DNA of 64,000 nt from Patescibacteria group bacterium (GTDB lineage: Bacteria; Patescibacteriota; Microgenomatia; UBA1400; PJMF01). The stretch's first letter is position 1, and the number at the start of each line of letters is the position of its first letter. The notes under the pieces were generated by a model. The model was not told the DNA's origin and did not search any database. It saw nothing but the letters and a program-made list of their open reading frames with translations. Both the position numbers and the translations under genes were made by a program. Positions 7,912-16,501 of this stretch are shown one piece after another. Where the stretch lies: NCBI GenBank assembly GCA_045541795.1, contig JAZQJV010000018.1, forward strand, positions 37,857-101,856, given 5' to 3'.

Positions 7912-8418
7912 ATGACTATGAAAAAACTCCCGCAATTCCTCACTGGCATCGGTCAAGATTCACACCGCTTGCGTGCGGCCAAAAAAGGTGAAGTTCTCAC
8001 TCTCGCCGGCGTCCCTTTCGACTGTGGTCTCACGCTACAAGCTAACTCTGATGGTGACGTCATCCTGCATGCTTTATTTAATGCTGTGTCTACCGCCTTG
8101 GGTGGCGGTTCTATCAGTACTGTCGCTGATAAAATGTGCGCCGCCGACATCACTGACTCTCGCGCCTACTTGCAGGTCATCTTAGAAAAAATGTCTGCCC
8201 GCGGCTACATGCTCGTCAATATCAGTATCAGCATCGAAGCCGGTCAGCCGCGTTTGGAAAAATATTTCGTGTACATGAAAAAGTCACTCGCAGATTTGTG
8301 TGGGCTCGATACTGATCAGGTCGGCTTGAGTGCCACTAGTGGCGAAGGACTCACTCGTGTGAGTGATGGCGACGGTATTAGCGTGATCGCCAACGTCCTT
8401 TTGGAACGGACCACATGA
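7912..8418 (+). CDS. ispF: 2-C-methyl-D-erythritol 2,4-cyclodiphosphate synthase (IspF)
   Basis: GIGQDSHRL..SDGDVILHAL..ISIEAGQPRL motifs are present. The stop overlaps the ispE start (ATGA). The alternative start is Met at 7918. Confidence 0.8.
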   Translation: MTMKKLPQFLTGIGQDSHRLRAAKKGEVLTLAGVPFDCGLTLQANSDGDVILHALFNAVSTALGGGSISTVADKMCAADITDSRAYLQVILEKMSARGYMLVNISISIEAGQPRLEKYFVYMKKSLADLCGLDTDQVGLSATSGEGLTRVSDGDGISVIANVLLERTT

Positions 8419-9293
8419 ATAAATTTAGCGTCTGCGCACCCGCCAAAATCAATCTCTCGCTGCATATCGGCGAACGTTTGCCGGGCGGCTATCACGAGGT
8501 CGAGACGATCATGTGCAAACTGCCGCTCGCTGACGTCATGACGGTGGAACTGTTGCCGTCACAAGAGTCGGATGAAGTAATCTGTGATCAAGCTCTAGTC
8601 CCCACCGGTGAGGCCAATCTTATCAATAAAGCTTTGCGCTTGCTGCGCGCCCAGGTGTCCTTACCCGCTTGCCGCATCCATTTGCAAAAAAATATTCCCG
8701 TCGCCGCGGGCCTAGCTGGCGGCAGTAGTGATGCTGGCAGCTTACTGGTGGCGCTCAATGATGAGTGCGGTCTCGGTCTTACTCCTGATCGGCTCACAAG
8801 CCTCGCACTCCAGCTGGGGGCGGATGTACCTTTTTTTACCAGAAACGACAACGTCACTCGCGAAATCCATCACGGTCTGCCCACCTTACAAAGCCAGTCA
8901 CTACCTGATTTGCTGCCCTGCCGGATCATCACTATTTACCAAGCCACCGGCCTGGATACCGCCGCTATGTATGCCGCCTGGGACAGCGAAATTATTTTCG
9001 TCACTGACCGCAGCCATACCATCTCTGCGCTTGACGCTCTCCAAGCCCACTCACTGCCAGGCATTGCCGCGGCTCTCCACAATGACTTCTACCAGTTGGC
9101 GGTCTCCCGTGCACCAGCAATTGCCAGCGCCCGAGAATCTCTAGTGCGTACTGGCGCGCTTGGCGTGAATCTTACCGGCAAAGGGCCGACAATTTTTGGC
9201 CTTTTCCCGCCGGGCGCAGCCATTGATGAAAAATTATTACGAGGTTTTAGTTATCAAGTTTTTGATTTAGAAAGTGCTTATGATCCAACGTAA
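8415..9293 (+). CDS. ispE: 4-diphosphocytidyl-2-C-methyl-D-erythritol kinase (IspE)
   Basis: APAKINLSLHI..GYHEVETIM..PVAAGLAGGSSDAGS is a GHMP-kinase glycine-rich loop. Confidence 0.8.
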   Translation: MNKFSVCAPAKINLSLHIGERLPGGYHEVETIMCKLPLADVMTVELLPSQESDEVICDQALVPTGEANLINKALRLLRAQVSLPACRIHLQKNIPVAAGLAGGSSDAGSLLVALNDECGLGLTPDRLTSLALQLGADVPFFTRNDNVTREIHHGLPTLQSQSLPDLLPCRIITIYQATGLDTAAMYAAWDSEIIFVTDRSHTISALDALQAHSLPGIAAALHNDFYQLAVSRAPAIASARESLVRTGALGVNLTGKGPTIFGLFPPGAAIDEKLLRGFSYQVFDLESAYDPT

Positions 9294-10341
9294 AGATACC
9301 AGATCCGTCCACGTGGGCAATGTCCAAATCGGTGGCGGTGCTCCGGTGAGCATCCAGACCATGGTCAAGGTAGACTCTCACGATCCAGAGGCGTGCATCC
9401 GCCAAATCCTCGATTTTGAAGCCGCTGGTGCCCAGATCGTGCGTATCGGTTTCCTCGATATGGACAGTGTCCGGCAGGTGAGCACGATCAAGCGTCATGT
9501 CCACGTACCCTTAGTGGCCGATATTCATTTTGAGGCTGAACTAGCACTCGAAGCACTGCGCCAAGGCATAGATAAGTTGCGCATCAATCCCGGCAACATC
9601 GGCGGCAAAGACAAGACGGAAGCCGTCGTCAAGGCGGCCGCCCAAAAAGGTGTGCCTATCCGTATCGGTGTCAATGCTGGCAGTCTGCAAAAAGACATCC
9701 TCGCGCGCTACGGCCACCCCACGCCAGAAGCTTTAGTGGAATCCGCCGCCGCTCACATCAAAATCTTGGAAGATCTCGACTTTCACGATATTGTCGTGTC
9801 TCTCAAAATGAGCGACGTCCCCAAAATGGTCAGCGCCTATCGTCTTTTTAGTGAACGTTTTGACTACCCGCTGCATCTAGGTGTCACGGAAGCTGGCCCG
9901 GGTCGCAGTTCCACTGTCAAATCCAGCATGGGTATCGGCAGTCTGTTGCTAGACGGCATTGGTGATACCCTGCGCGTTTCTATGACTGGTGACGGCCGTG
10001 AAGAAGTACTCGTCGGCCGCGAGATCCTCAAACATCTTGGACTGCGGCAAGAACCGATCTTAATTTCTTGTCCTACCTGCTCGCGCACTCAGTGGGACTT
10101 GCTTGAGGTCGCATACAAAGTCGAGCACTACCTTGCCCAAAAAAAAGAACCAATCAAAGTGGCGGTGATGGGTTGCGCCGTCAACGGCCCTGGTGAAGCT
10201 CGGGAAGCAGACATCGGTATTGCCGGTGGTAAGGGCATGGGGATCATTTTTGAGCACGGTCAAGTGGTGGCCACGCTGCCGCAAGAAAAACTGTATGACG
10301 CACTGGTGGCGAGAATTGAAAAAATGACCCAAACTACTTAA
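9274..10341 (+). CDS. ispG: 4-hydroxy-3-methylbut-2-en-1-yl diphosphate synthase (IspG/GcpE)
   Basis: IQRKDTRSVHVGNVQIGGGAPVSIQTM..RINPGNIG..SCPTCSRT..MGCAVNGPGE matches the GcpE family. It overlaps ispE by 20 nt. Confidence 0.8.
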   Translation: MLMIQRKDTRSVHVGNVQIGGGAPVSIQTMVKVDSHDPEACIRQILDFEAAGAQIVRIGFLDMDSVRQVSTIKRHVHVPLVADIHFEAELALEALRQGIDKLRINPGNIGGKDKTEAVVKAAAQKGVPIRIGVNAGSLQKDILARYGHPTPEALVESAAAHIKILEDLDFHDIVVSLKMSDVPKMVSAYRLFSERFDYPLHLGVTEAGPGRSSTVKSSMGIGSLLLDGIGDTLRVSMTGDGREEVLVGREILKHLGLRQEPILISCPTCSRTQWDLLEVAYKVEHYLAQKKEPIKVAVMGCAVNGPGEAREADIGIAGGKGMGIIFEHGQVVATLPQEKLYDALVARIEKMTQTT

Positions 10342-10356
10342 TCGCTACAGCCGTGT

Positions 10357-10453
10357 CAGTTATTCGGTAATAAAAATCAGTATTACGGTTGGAAAATTCA
10401 GTTATTCGGTAAAACGAGAAATTTAAATCGAGTATTTATTGTATACGATAAAT
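10357..10453 (+). repeat. Left copy of a ~100-bp inverted-repeat pair (modules A+B: a ttattcggtaa-rich segment plus the degenerate palindrome ATTTATTGTATACGATAAAT)
   Basis: It is about 90% identical to the reverse complement of 14711-14810 over ~100 bp. Confidence 0.7.
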
Positions 10454-10550
10454 TGTTTTTATTCCGGTATATCAATGTATTCATATACCTCACTTTTTAA
10501 GTAAATTGTACACAATTTGTCTACGCTATCTTCTACCGGAAGACTGAAAT

Positions 10551-11003
10551 TTACTTAGTAGTCAAATTTTTATTGAGTGTGCGCAATTCTTTCAGGATTA
10601 ATTCATCAGTGGTGGGCTTTTTGGGTGTTTCATCTTGCTTTTGTTTTTCTTGACGCATGAATTTATTGATCACTTTCACGATCACAAAAATACACGCCGC
10701 CACGATCACGAAGTCGATCACATTTTCGATGAAAACGCCGTACGTGATTTTGGCCGCACCCACATCCAGTGACAAATCACTAAAATCTATTCCGTTTAAA
10801 ATGATCCCCAAAACTGGTGTGAGGATGTCATTGACCAGCGAGCTGACAATTTTGGTGAAAGCTGCACCTACGATCATCCCGATAGCTAGATCGAGCACGT
10901 TGCCCCGGGCAATAAACTCTTTAAATTCCGCCAGCACATTACCAGTTTTTTGCACTGTCGCTGCCGTTTTTAATTTTTCTAAGTTTTTGATTTTAGCTTT
11001 CAT
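10551..11003 (-). CDS. mscL: Large-conductance mechanosensitive channel MscL
   Basis: GNVLDLAIGMIVGAAFTKIVSSLVNDILTPVLG is the canonical MscL TM1/loop. Confidence 0.85.
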   Translation of the reverse strand: MKAKIKNLEKLKTAATVQKTGNVLAEFKEFIARGNVLDLAIGMIVGAAFTKIVSSLVNDILTPVLGIILNGIDFSDLSLDVGAAKITYGVFIENVIDFVIVAACIFVIVKVINKFMRQEKQKQDETPKKPTTDELILKELRTLNKNLTTK

Positions 11004-11004
11004 C

Positions 11005-11577
11005 TTAATTTCCTTGTTTGATCAGTCCCATTGTCGCCACCGGCCAGTAAGAGAAAAAAGCCCGGCCGATAATACTCGACTCCTCGATCGGTCCCCAGTA
11101 ACGTGAATCAGAAGACTGCTGACGGTTATCACCACAGACAAAATACTGCCCCTCGCCCAAGACAACTTCTTTGTCGCCCGCGGTATAATCCGCCGCTCCC
11201 GTGATCACGCTGTCAGACAAATAGTTACTTTCATCTAACACTTCACCATTGACGTAGACCTTACCATTAGCGATTTTTACCGTCTCACCAGGTAAACCGA
11301 TGATCCGCTTGATGTAATCACAATTGTCACCGATACATGCATTTAAAGGCGCCTTGAAAACAATCACGTCGCCCCGCTGCGGCTGCCCAAACCGGTAACT
11401 GATTTTTTCCGTCAGTAAATACTCGCCGGTACGCAAATTGGGATCCATACTGTGGCCGTTGACCTGATGCGGCTGCACGATAAAAATATAGATGACAAAA
11501 AAAATCGCCAGGGAAGTGACTACTGTCTCTACAAAATCCAGCACCCAGTCAATAATTTTTTGCTTTGTGATCGTCAT
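11005..11577 (-). CDS. lepB: Signal peptidase I (S26 family)
   Basis: An N-terminal TM is followed by the GHSMDPNL catalytic-Ser box, KRIIGLPGE and GDNRQQSSDSRYWG. Confidence 0.85.
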   Translation of the reverse strand: MTITKQKIIDWVLDFVETVVTSLAIFFVIYIFIVQPHQVNGHSMDPNLRTGEYLLTEKISYRFGQPQRGDVIVFKAPLNACIGDNCDYIKRIIGLPGETVKIANGKVYVNGEVLDESNYLSDSVITGAADYTAGDKEVVLGEGQYFVCGDNRQQSSDSRYWGPIEESSIIGRAFFSYWPVATMGLIKQGN

Positions 11578-11595
11578 GGCCTTATTATACCACAG

Positions 11596-12408
11596 CTACG
11601 GGCTAAAAGTGACGTTAATTGTGACGGTGTTTTGGTTTTCGGCCGCGTCACTGGCTTGGATTTCTAATTTGTTCTCGCCATCACTCAAACGGTACTCTAG
11701 TTCAAAATATCCGTCTACATCCGCTCTGGTGGAGCGCTCATTGATGATGATCCGCGCGCCCGGCTCACTGTGTCCCTTGATCGTGATTTGTTGCTGGTCG
11801 CGCCCGTGGAATTCCTGGTGATTTTCTGGTGTTTCCAGATCAATTTCTGGTGTCTGCGTGTCCAGAGTGATGGAGTATTCCTTAGTCTGCGCCGAGGTGT
11901 GACCGGCATCGTCAAAACTGTATGCTTGCAGTGTATTTTCACCTTCCTCAAGTTCTAGGCTGGCACTAAATTCACCGTTGAGTGCGACGGCTGTCTGTAG
12001 ACGGCTGGAGTCATCACCATTGAGGATAAACTGCACGCTAGTGCTCGGCGTCCCGTAGCCCGTGAGCGTCAAAATGTCTTGATTGGTATAACTGCTGGGC
12101 GTATCAAAAAGTGGTGTCTGCGGTCGCACGGAGTGATCCGGAGCGACGTATTTGCTGGAGTTGAGTTGTCCTGTCCACTGTACCAAAAACGGGAAAATGA
12201 AAATCAGATAGATCAAGCCGCTTGCAATAATCAAAAAAAAGATAATCAAAATTTGCCAGCGTAAATATGTAGCCGCTTGCTTTTCATCCTGACGGCGTCT
12301 GTTGGTCGCGCCCAAGCGTGAGTTGCCACTAGAGCGTCCCACGGCCACTAGCTGGCGAGAATAAAAAGCTGGTGCCTGATTACTATTTACTAGTCGTGAC
12401 CTGGTCAT
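11596..12408 (-). CDS. Membrane-anchored protein with extracellular Ig-like/Big-type repeats, unknown function
   Basis: A basic cytoplasmic N-terminus is followed by one TM helix and beta-rich repeats (GEFSASLELEEGENTLQAYSFDDAGH; DVDGYFELEYRLSDGENKLEIQASD). The 5' end is uncertain. Confidence 0.45.
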   Translation of the reverse strand: MTRSRLVNSNQAPAFYSRQLVAVGRSSGNSRLGATNRRRQDEKQAATYLRWQILIIFFLIIASGLIYLIFIFPFLVQWTGQLNSSKYVAPDHSVRPQTPLFDTPSSYTNQDILTLTGYGTPSTSVQFILNGDDSSRLQTAVALNGEFSASLELEEGENTLQAYSFDDAGHTSAQTKEYSITLDTQTPEIDLETPENHQEFHGRDQQQITIKGHSEPGARIIINERSTRADVDGYFELEYRLSDGENKLEIQASDAAENQNTVTINVTFSP

Positions 12409-12437
12409 GCCTTGTATTTTACCTTGTTACTGACCAT

Positions 12438-12479
12438 TTGTCAATTGACAAATCAAGTTTTTTTGCATATACTTACATT
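12438..12479 (+). promoter_or_regulatory. Divergent promoter region containing the perfect 14-bp palindrome TTGTCAATTGACAA, which overlaps a TTGACA -35. A TATACT -10 lies 6 nt before the kinase ATG (leaderless).
   Basis: The palindrome is read directly (its reverse complement is identical). The spacing TTGACA-17 nt-TATACT-6 nt-ATG(12480) is also read directly. Confidence 0.5.
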
Positions 12480-14627
12480 ATGTGGTCACTTATTGCCATG
12501 ATTTTGTCAGCTGCGATCATTTTCTTGATCGGTTTCCAAGTGTGGCGTTTGCGTCCGTATTCTTATCAGCGCCGCTTATTTTTCTTTTTGTCATTTATTA
12601 TTTCTAGCTGGATGCTTTGTAATTATTTCTCCCTCAAAGTGACGGACAAAACTTTATTTCTGCTTTTTGTGCGCCTCGTGATGATCGTCACGGACTGGTT
12701 ACCGCCCACCTTACTACTTTTTTCTTACTGCTTTCCCAATGGCGTCGTCACGCTCTCACGCCGACGTCTGCATTTACTCATGATCTGGACAGTATTCATC
12801 ACTCTGCTAAATTTTACCGATTTTGTTTTTCCCGATGCCAGGATCGTGGGCGACAGCTGGATCCCGCAAGCAGGGTGGGGGATTGGCTTTGTCTTGATCA
12901 ATATGATCGGTTTGCTGTCTTTGACCGCGGCCAACTTTTTCCGCAAATCGCAAAATGCCGCCGGTTTGGAAAAAGTGCGCCTGACTTATTTTGCCTTTTC
13001 ATTTTCACTGGCGATGTTTTTTGCTGTGGTTTTCAATCTCATTTTGCCGGCTTTCTTCCAAAATCCCGCTCTCATGGACATCGGGATTATGGCCATGGGG
13101 CTTACCTTTGTAGGCACTACGGGTTACACCATGCTCAAAACCAACTTTTCCAGTCTGGATCTTATCATCGCTACAGCGATCTATTACATAGTTTTGCTGG
13201 TGTGGCTGATAATCCCTTTTGCACTTCATCACATCCTTCCTAGTAATGATCATCCATCGCTTGTGGCCGCTACTTTTTTCATCTATTTATTGTGGCTTTC
13301 AGCGTACGTGTATATTTACAATCACTTAGAAAAATTTTTGATCACCAAAATCGTCAATCACGGTGCCGACTGGAATCAAGAAAGTGAAAAATTTTTTGCT
13401 CACATCCAGGATGAACTTGACTTGAAAGAAGTGCTAAGCCAGACGCTTTACTTTTTCCAGCTGCTTATCAAAAACACCGGCACTAGTATCATTGGTGACT
13501 TCATGGATGAGGGGCGGCTCACGGTTTACGGCGATATTCCGTCCAAAGCTACCAAATTACAAACATTAGCCCGCAGCCTGTGGCAGGAAGACCGCACTCC
13601 TTACTGGATCGCCGAGCACTGTCTCACAGACGAGCGTCCAGCTTACAAACGCTTGGGCCAGGAAATGAGAGAGTTTGGTATTGCCTTGATTTTCCCGATT
13701 TATTTTTATGATGATTTTAAAGGCGTGATCGTTTTTGGTGATAAACTCGGCGGCAATCCTTATTTCGTCCAAGATCTAGACATGATCACTCAGACCTTGC
13801 GTGAGCTTTCGCCTCTGATCAATAAAACTGCCATCCACCAAAACACCAAAGATTTTAACGCCCACCTGCAGCGTAAAATCGACCGCGCCACGGCGAGACT
13901 GCGCCGCATGAATGAGCAATTGATCGCGGCCGATAAGCTCAAAGATGAATTTGTCTCGGTAGCCAGTCACGAGCTGCGCACACCGATGACCGCCATCAAG
14001 GGTTACTTGTGGATGGTCGCCAAAAACAACACTCCCGAGGCTATTCCCACCAATCAAAAATACATCGAAATCGCACTCAATTCTACCGAAAGATTAATTG
14101 CCCTCGTCAACGATATGCTCACGATCTCCCGTATTGAGGGCGGACGCTTTGCACTCAATAAAGAAATTTTTGATGCTCGCAGTTTGCTCGATCAGATCCG
14201 CCAAGAATTAGAGCCGATTGCCGCTGGTAAGAATTTGCGCTTTGTCACCAAAAAACCCCGCGAAAAATTAATGGTTAATGCTGACGCCAAACGGATCATC
14301 GAGGTCTTACACAATCTCACGGGCAACGCTCTCAAGTTTACCAAGAAAGGCAGTGTCACGCTCGCCGCCCGCGCCGATGCGCACACCGTCTATATTGATG
14401 TCATTGATACGGGTGTGGGTATTGATGAGGCAGATTTTGCCAAACTTTTTTCTAAGTTTGCCCGCATGGAAAAGTCCTACGTCAAAATCAAAGAAACCGG
14501 TACCGGCTTAGGGCTTTACATCTCCCGACAAATTATGAATATGCATGGTGGCGACGTCACTTTTGTCAGCCGGCTTGATCACGGTAGCACTTTCACCATT
14601 TCTCTGCCGCGCGTAAACGCAAAATAG
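12480..14627 (+). CDS. Sensor histidine kinase with a polytopic N-terminal membrane domain (orphan: no response regulator adjacent)
   Basis: About 8 TM helices are followed by a cytoplasmic linker, a HisKA H-box ASHELRTPMTAIKGY and HATPase_c motifs (NLTGNALKFT, DTGVGID, GTGLGL). The start is moved to Met 12480 to avoid overlapping the divergent gene. Confidence 0.8.
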   Translation: MWSLIAMILSAAIIFLIGFQVWRLRPYSYQRRLFFFLSFIISSWMLCNYFSLKVTDKTLFLLFVRLVMIVTDWLPPTLLLFSYCFPNGVVTLSRRRLHLLMIWTVFITLLNFTDFVFPDARIVGDSWIPQAGWGIGFVLINMIGLLSLTAANFFRKSQNAAGLEKVRLTYFAFSFSLAMFFAVVFNLILPAFFQNPALMDIGIMAMGLTFVGTTGYTMLKTNFSSLDLIIATAIYYIVLLVWLIIPFALHHILPSNDHPSLVAATFFIYLLWLSAYVYIYNHLEKFLITKIVNHGADWNQESEKFFAHIQDELDLKEVLSQTLYFFQLLIKNTGTSIIGDFMDEGRLTVYGDIPSKATKLQTLARSLWQEDRTPYWIAEHCLTDERPAYKRLGQEMREFGIALIFPIYFYDDFKGVIVFGDKLGGNPYFVQDLDMITQTLRELSPLINKTAIHQNTKDFNAHLQRKIDRATARLRRMNEQLIAADKLKDEFVSVASHELRTPMTAIKGYLWMVAKNNTPEAIPTNQKYIEIALNSTERLIALVNDMLTISRIEGGRFALNKEIFDARSLLDQIRQELEPIAAGKNLRFVTKKPREKLMVNADAKRIIEVLHNLTGNALKFTKKGSVTLAARADAHTVYIDVIDTGVGIDEADFAKLFSKFARMEKSYVKIKETGTGLGLYISRQIMNMHGGDVTFVSRLDHGSTFTISLPRVNAK

Positions 14628-14710
14628 TCAGCGCCAAAATTAACTTTTTTCACCTCAAAAAATCAGTGCCAAAATTATACCGGTGTACCAATTAAATTTC
14701 AAAAATCAAA

Positions 14711-14836
14711 ATTCATTTATTGTACACAAAAAATACTCAATTTAATTTTTCATTTTTACCGAATAACTGAATTTCCCAACCGTAATACTGATTTTTCTTA
14801 CCGAATATGTCATAAAAATTACCGAATAACTCAATT
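14711..14836 (-). repeat. Right copy of the inverted-repeat pair (palindrome B plus the ttaccgaataa-rich module A, in reverse complement), extended by an extra partial A unit
   Basis: Its reverse complement aligns with 10357-10453 at about 90% identity. Confidence 0.7.
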
Positions 14837-14878
14837 TTGGCGTCATTACTATTTTCCCCATAAAAAACGCGAAATCGG

Positions 14879-15571
14879 GTGTATAATATCCACATGTCAA
14901 AATTTAAGTCCGTGACTGCGCACTTGCAAGAGGTTTGGGAAATATTCCGTGCGGACGGCCTTTATTTGATAAATCTGAATTTTTTCATTGGTATCCAATT
15001 ACTCGTCTTTGGCGGTGGGCTGACACTTTTTTATTTTGGTAATCTGCCGCGCTGGTTCACCCTTTTATCCGCCATCATCTGTTTGGGCATTTTTAATATT
15101 TCCCTGACAGGTGTCTCCAAAAATTTGTTTGCGCTCTCGCGCGAGCGCGGTCCTGCTAAGTACCCCGTTTTTCATCGAAGCTATTTGGTGCTCGGTTTGC
15201 CGCTCCTTTTATCTTATTTACTTATCGGCGTCGTGCCGATTTTGATCATTGTCGCCATGGTGTTTGCACTTCTAGCCGGCGCTTTTGCTTATTGGCCGTA
15301 TATTTTTGCTGTCACTATCATTTTTTGTCTGCTTTGGCAGTGGCTGCTCGGCCTGGCGTCGAGCGTGATTTTAGACACCAGAGTCAGCCTCCCAGATGCA
15401 ATCGTCACCAGTTTCCGGCTGGTGCTGCAAAAGCCCTGGCAGACTTTACTCTTGGTGATTATTGATTTTGCTATTTTGATCGTAGGCAGTTTTATCCCAG
15501 TGGTGGGGACTTTTGCCGCCATCAATTGGATTATCATCAGTGCTGGTCATTTATATTGGGGTCTCAAGTAG
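14879..15571 (+). CDS. Integral membrane protein, unknown function (about 5-6 TM)
   Basis: Hydrophobic helices run throughout. The upstream sequence gggtgTATAATatccacATG indicates a leaderless -10. Confidence 0.5.
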   Translation: MYNIHMSKFKSVTAHLQEVWEIFRADGLYLINLNFFIGIQLLVFGGGLTLFYFGNLPRWFTLLSAIICLGIFNISLTGVSKNLFALSRERGPAKYPVFHRSYLVLGLPLLLSYLLIGVVPILIIVAMVFALLAGAFAYWPYIFAVTIIFCLLWQWLLGLASSVILDTRVSLPDAIVTSFRLVLQKPWQTLLLVIIDFAILIVGSFIPVVGTFAAINWIIISAGHLYWGLK

Positions 15572-15576
15572 TGACT

Positions 15577-16437
15577 ATGCCGGTATCTTCGCGTCTACAT
15601 TTTCTGGCGGCTGGCTCTGATCTCGGGGTCCATGTAGATGGCAGCGCGCGCGGCCCACGGCGGATTATCCAAACTCTGGGCGTTGAAGACCAGACCACGT
15701 TTTTGGATGCGCCGCTTATCGCCAAGTCGCACGCCGTCACTGATCGCGCTAAAAATAGGCACGCCCTGCAAGAATTTAACCGTCGGCTGTACGAGACTGC
15801 AGTGGCGATCAATAAGGAAAAATTTGTCATCACTCTTGGCGGCGATCATGCTGTCGCCATTGCCTCTGGCCTAGCTAGCCTACACGCTCGCCCGGGCAGC
15901 GGTATTATTTGGTTTGATGCCCACACGGATTTTCACCGCCTGGATACTACTATCACTGGTAACTTACACGGCTTGCCGCTGGCGGTGCTTACAGGTGTGG
16001 AGCCAGCGCTCAATGACCTTTGCCCCGGCAGTTTTTATGATCCTGCACGGGCCGTGATCGTCGGGGCGCGCAGTGTGGATGCGCCCGAGTGGGAAAACTT
16101 GCGCGCGGCTGGCGTGACGGTGTGGGGCAGCAGCGACATCAAAAAGCGGGGGATCGTGGCGGTTCTTGATGAAGCTTGGCAAATCGCAGCTGCTGGTGCC
16201 GGTATCCATTTTAGTTTTGATTTGGACGTCATTGATCCGCGCCTAGCGCCCGGAGTGTCGGTGCCAGAAGCAGACGGCCTGGATTCTGCCGAAGTCCAGA
16301 TGGCGGCCGCTTGGCTGCACGCTCACGCGGCAGACCTTAGTGGTTTTGATCTGGTAGAATATAACCCAGCCCGTGATCGCGCCGACAAAACCCTAAGCTT
16401 GGCGGTTTACCTTTTGCGGCAAATCTTTGCCTTGTAA
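15577..16437 (+). CDS. Arginase/agmatinase/formiminoglutamase-family ureohydrolase
   Basis: GGDHAVAI, DAHTDF and SFDLDVIDP are binuclear Mn-site motifs of the arginase fold. The start is placed at the Met immediately after the upstream stop. Confidence 0.7.
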   Translation: MPVSSRLHFLAAGSDLGVHVDGSARGPRRIIQTLGVEDQTTFLDAPLIAKSHAVTDRAKNRHALQEFNRRLYETAVAINKEKFVITLGGDHAVAIASGLASLHARPGSGIIWFDAHTDFHRLDTTITGNLHGLPLAVLTGVEPALNDLCPGSFYDPARAVIVGARSVDAPEWENLRAAGVTVWGSSDIKKRGIVAVLDEAWQIAAAGAGIHFSFDLDVIDPRLAPGVSVPEADGLDSAEVQMAAAWLHAHAADLSGFDLVEYNPARDRADKTLSLAVYLLRQIFAL

Positions 16438-16501
16438 TTGACAATTTTTTCCGTATCGGTTACAATGAGTTAGAAAATAAACAGTAGCCGAAAGCAAAAT
16501 T

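Noticed and set aside
12372-12479. Upstream start of the histidine kinase ORF at 12372
   Set aside because: It would overlap the divergently transcribed gene 11596..12408 by 37 nt and run through the promoter palindrome. Met 12480, 6 nt after a -10 box, is preferred.
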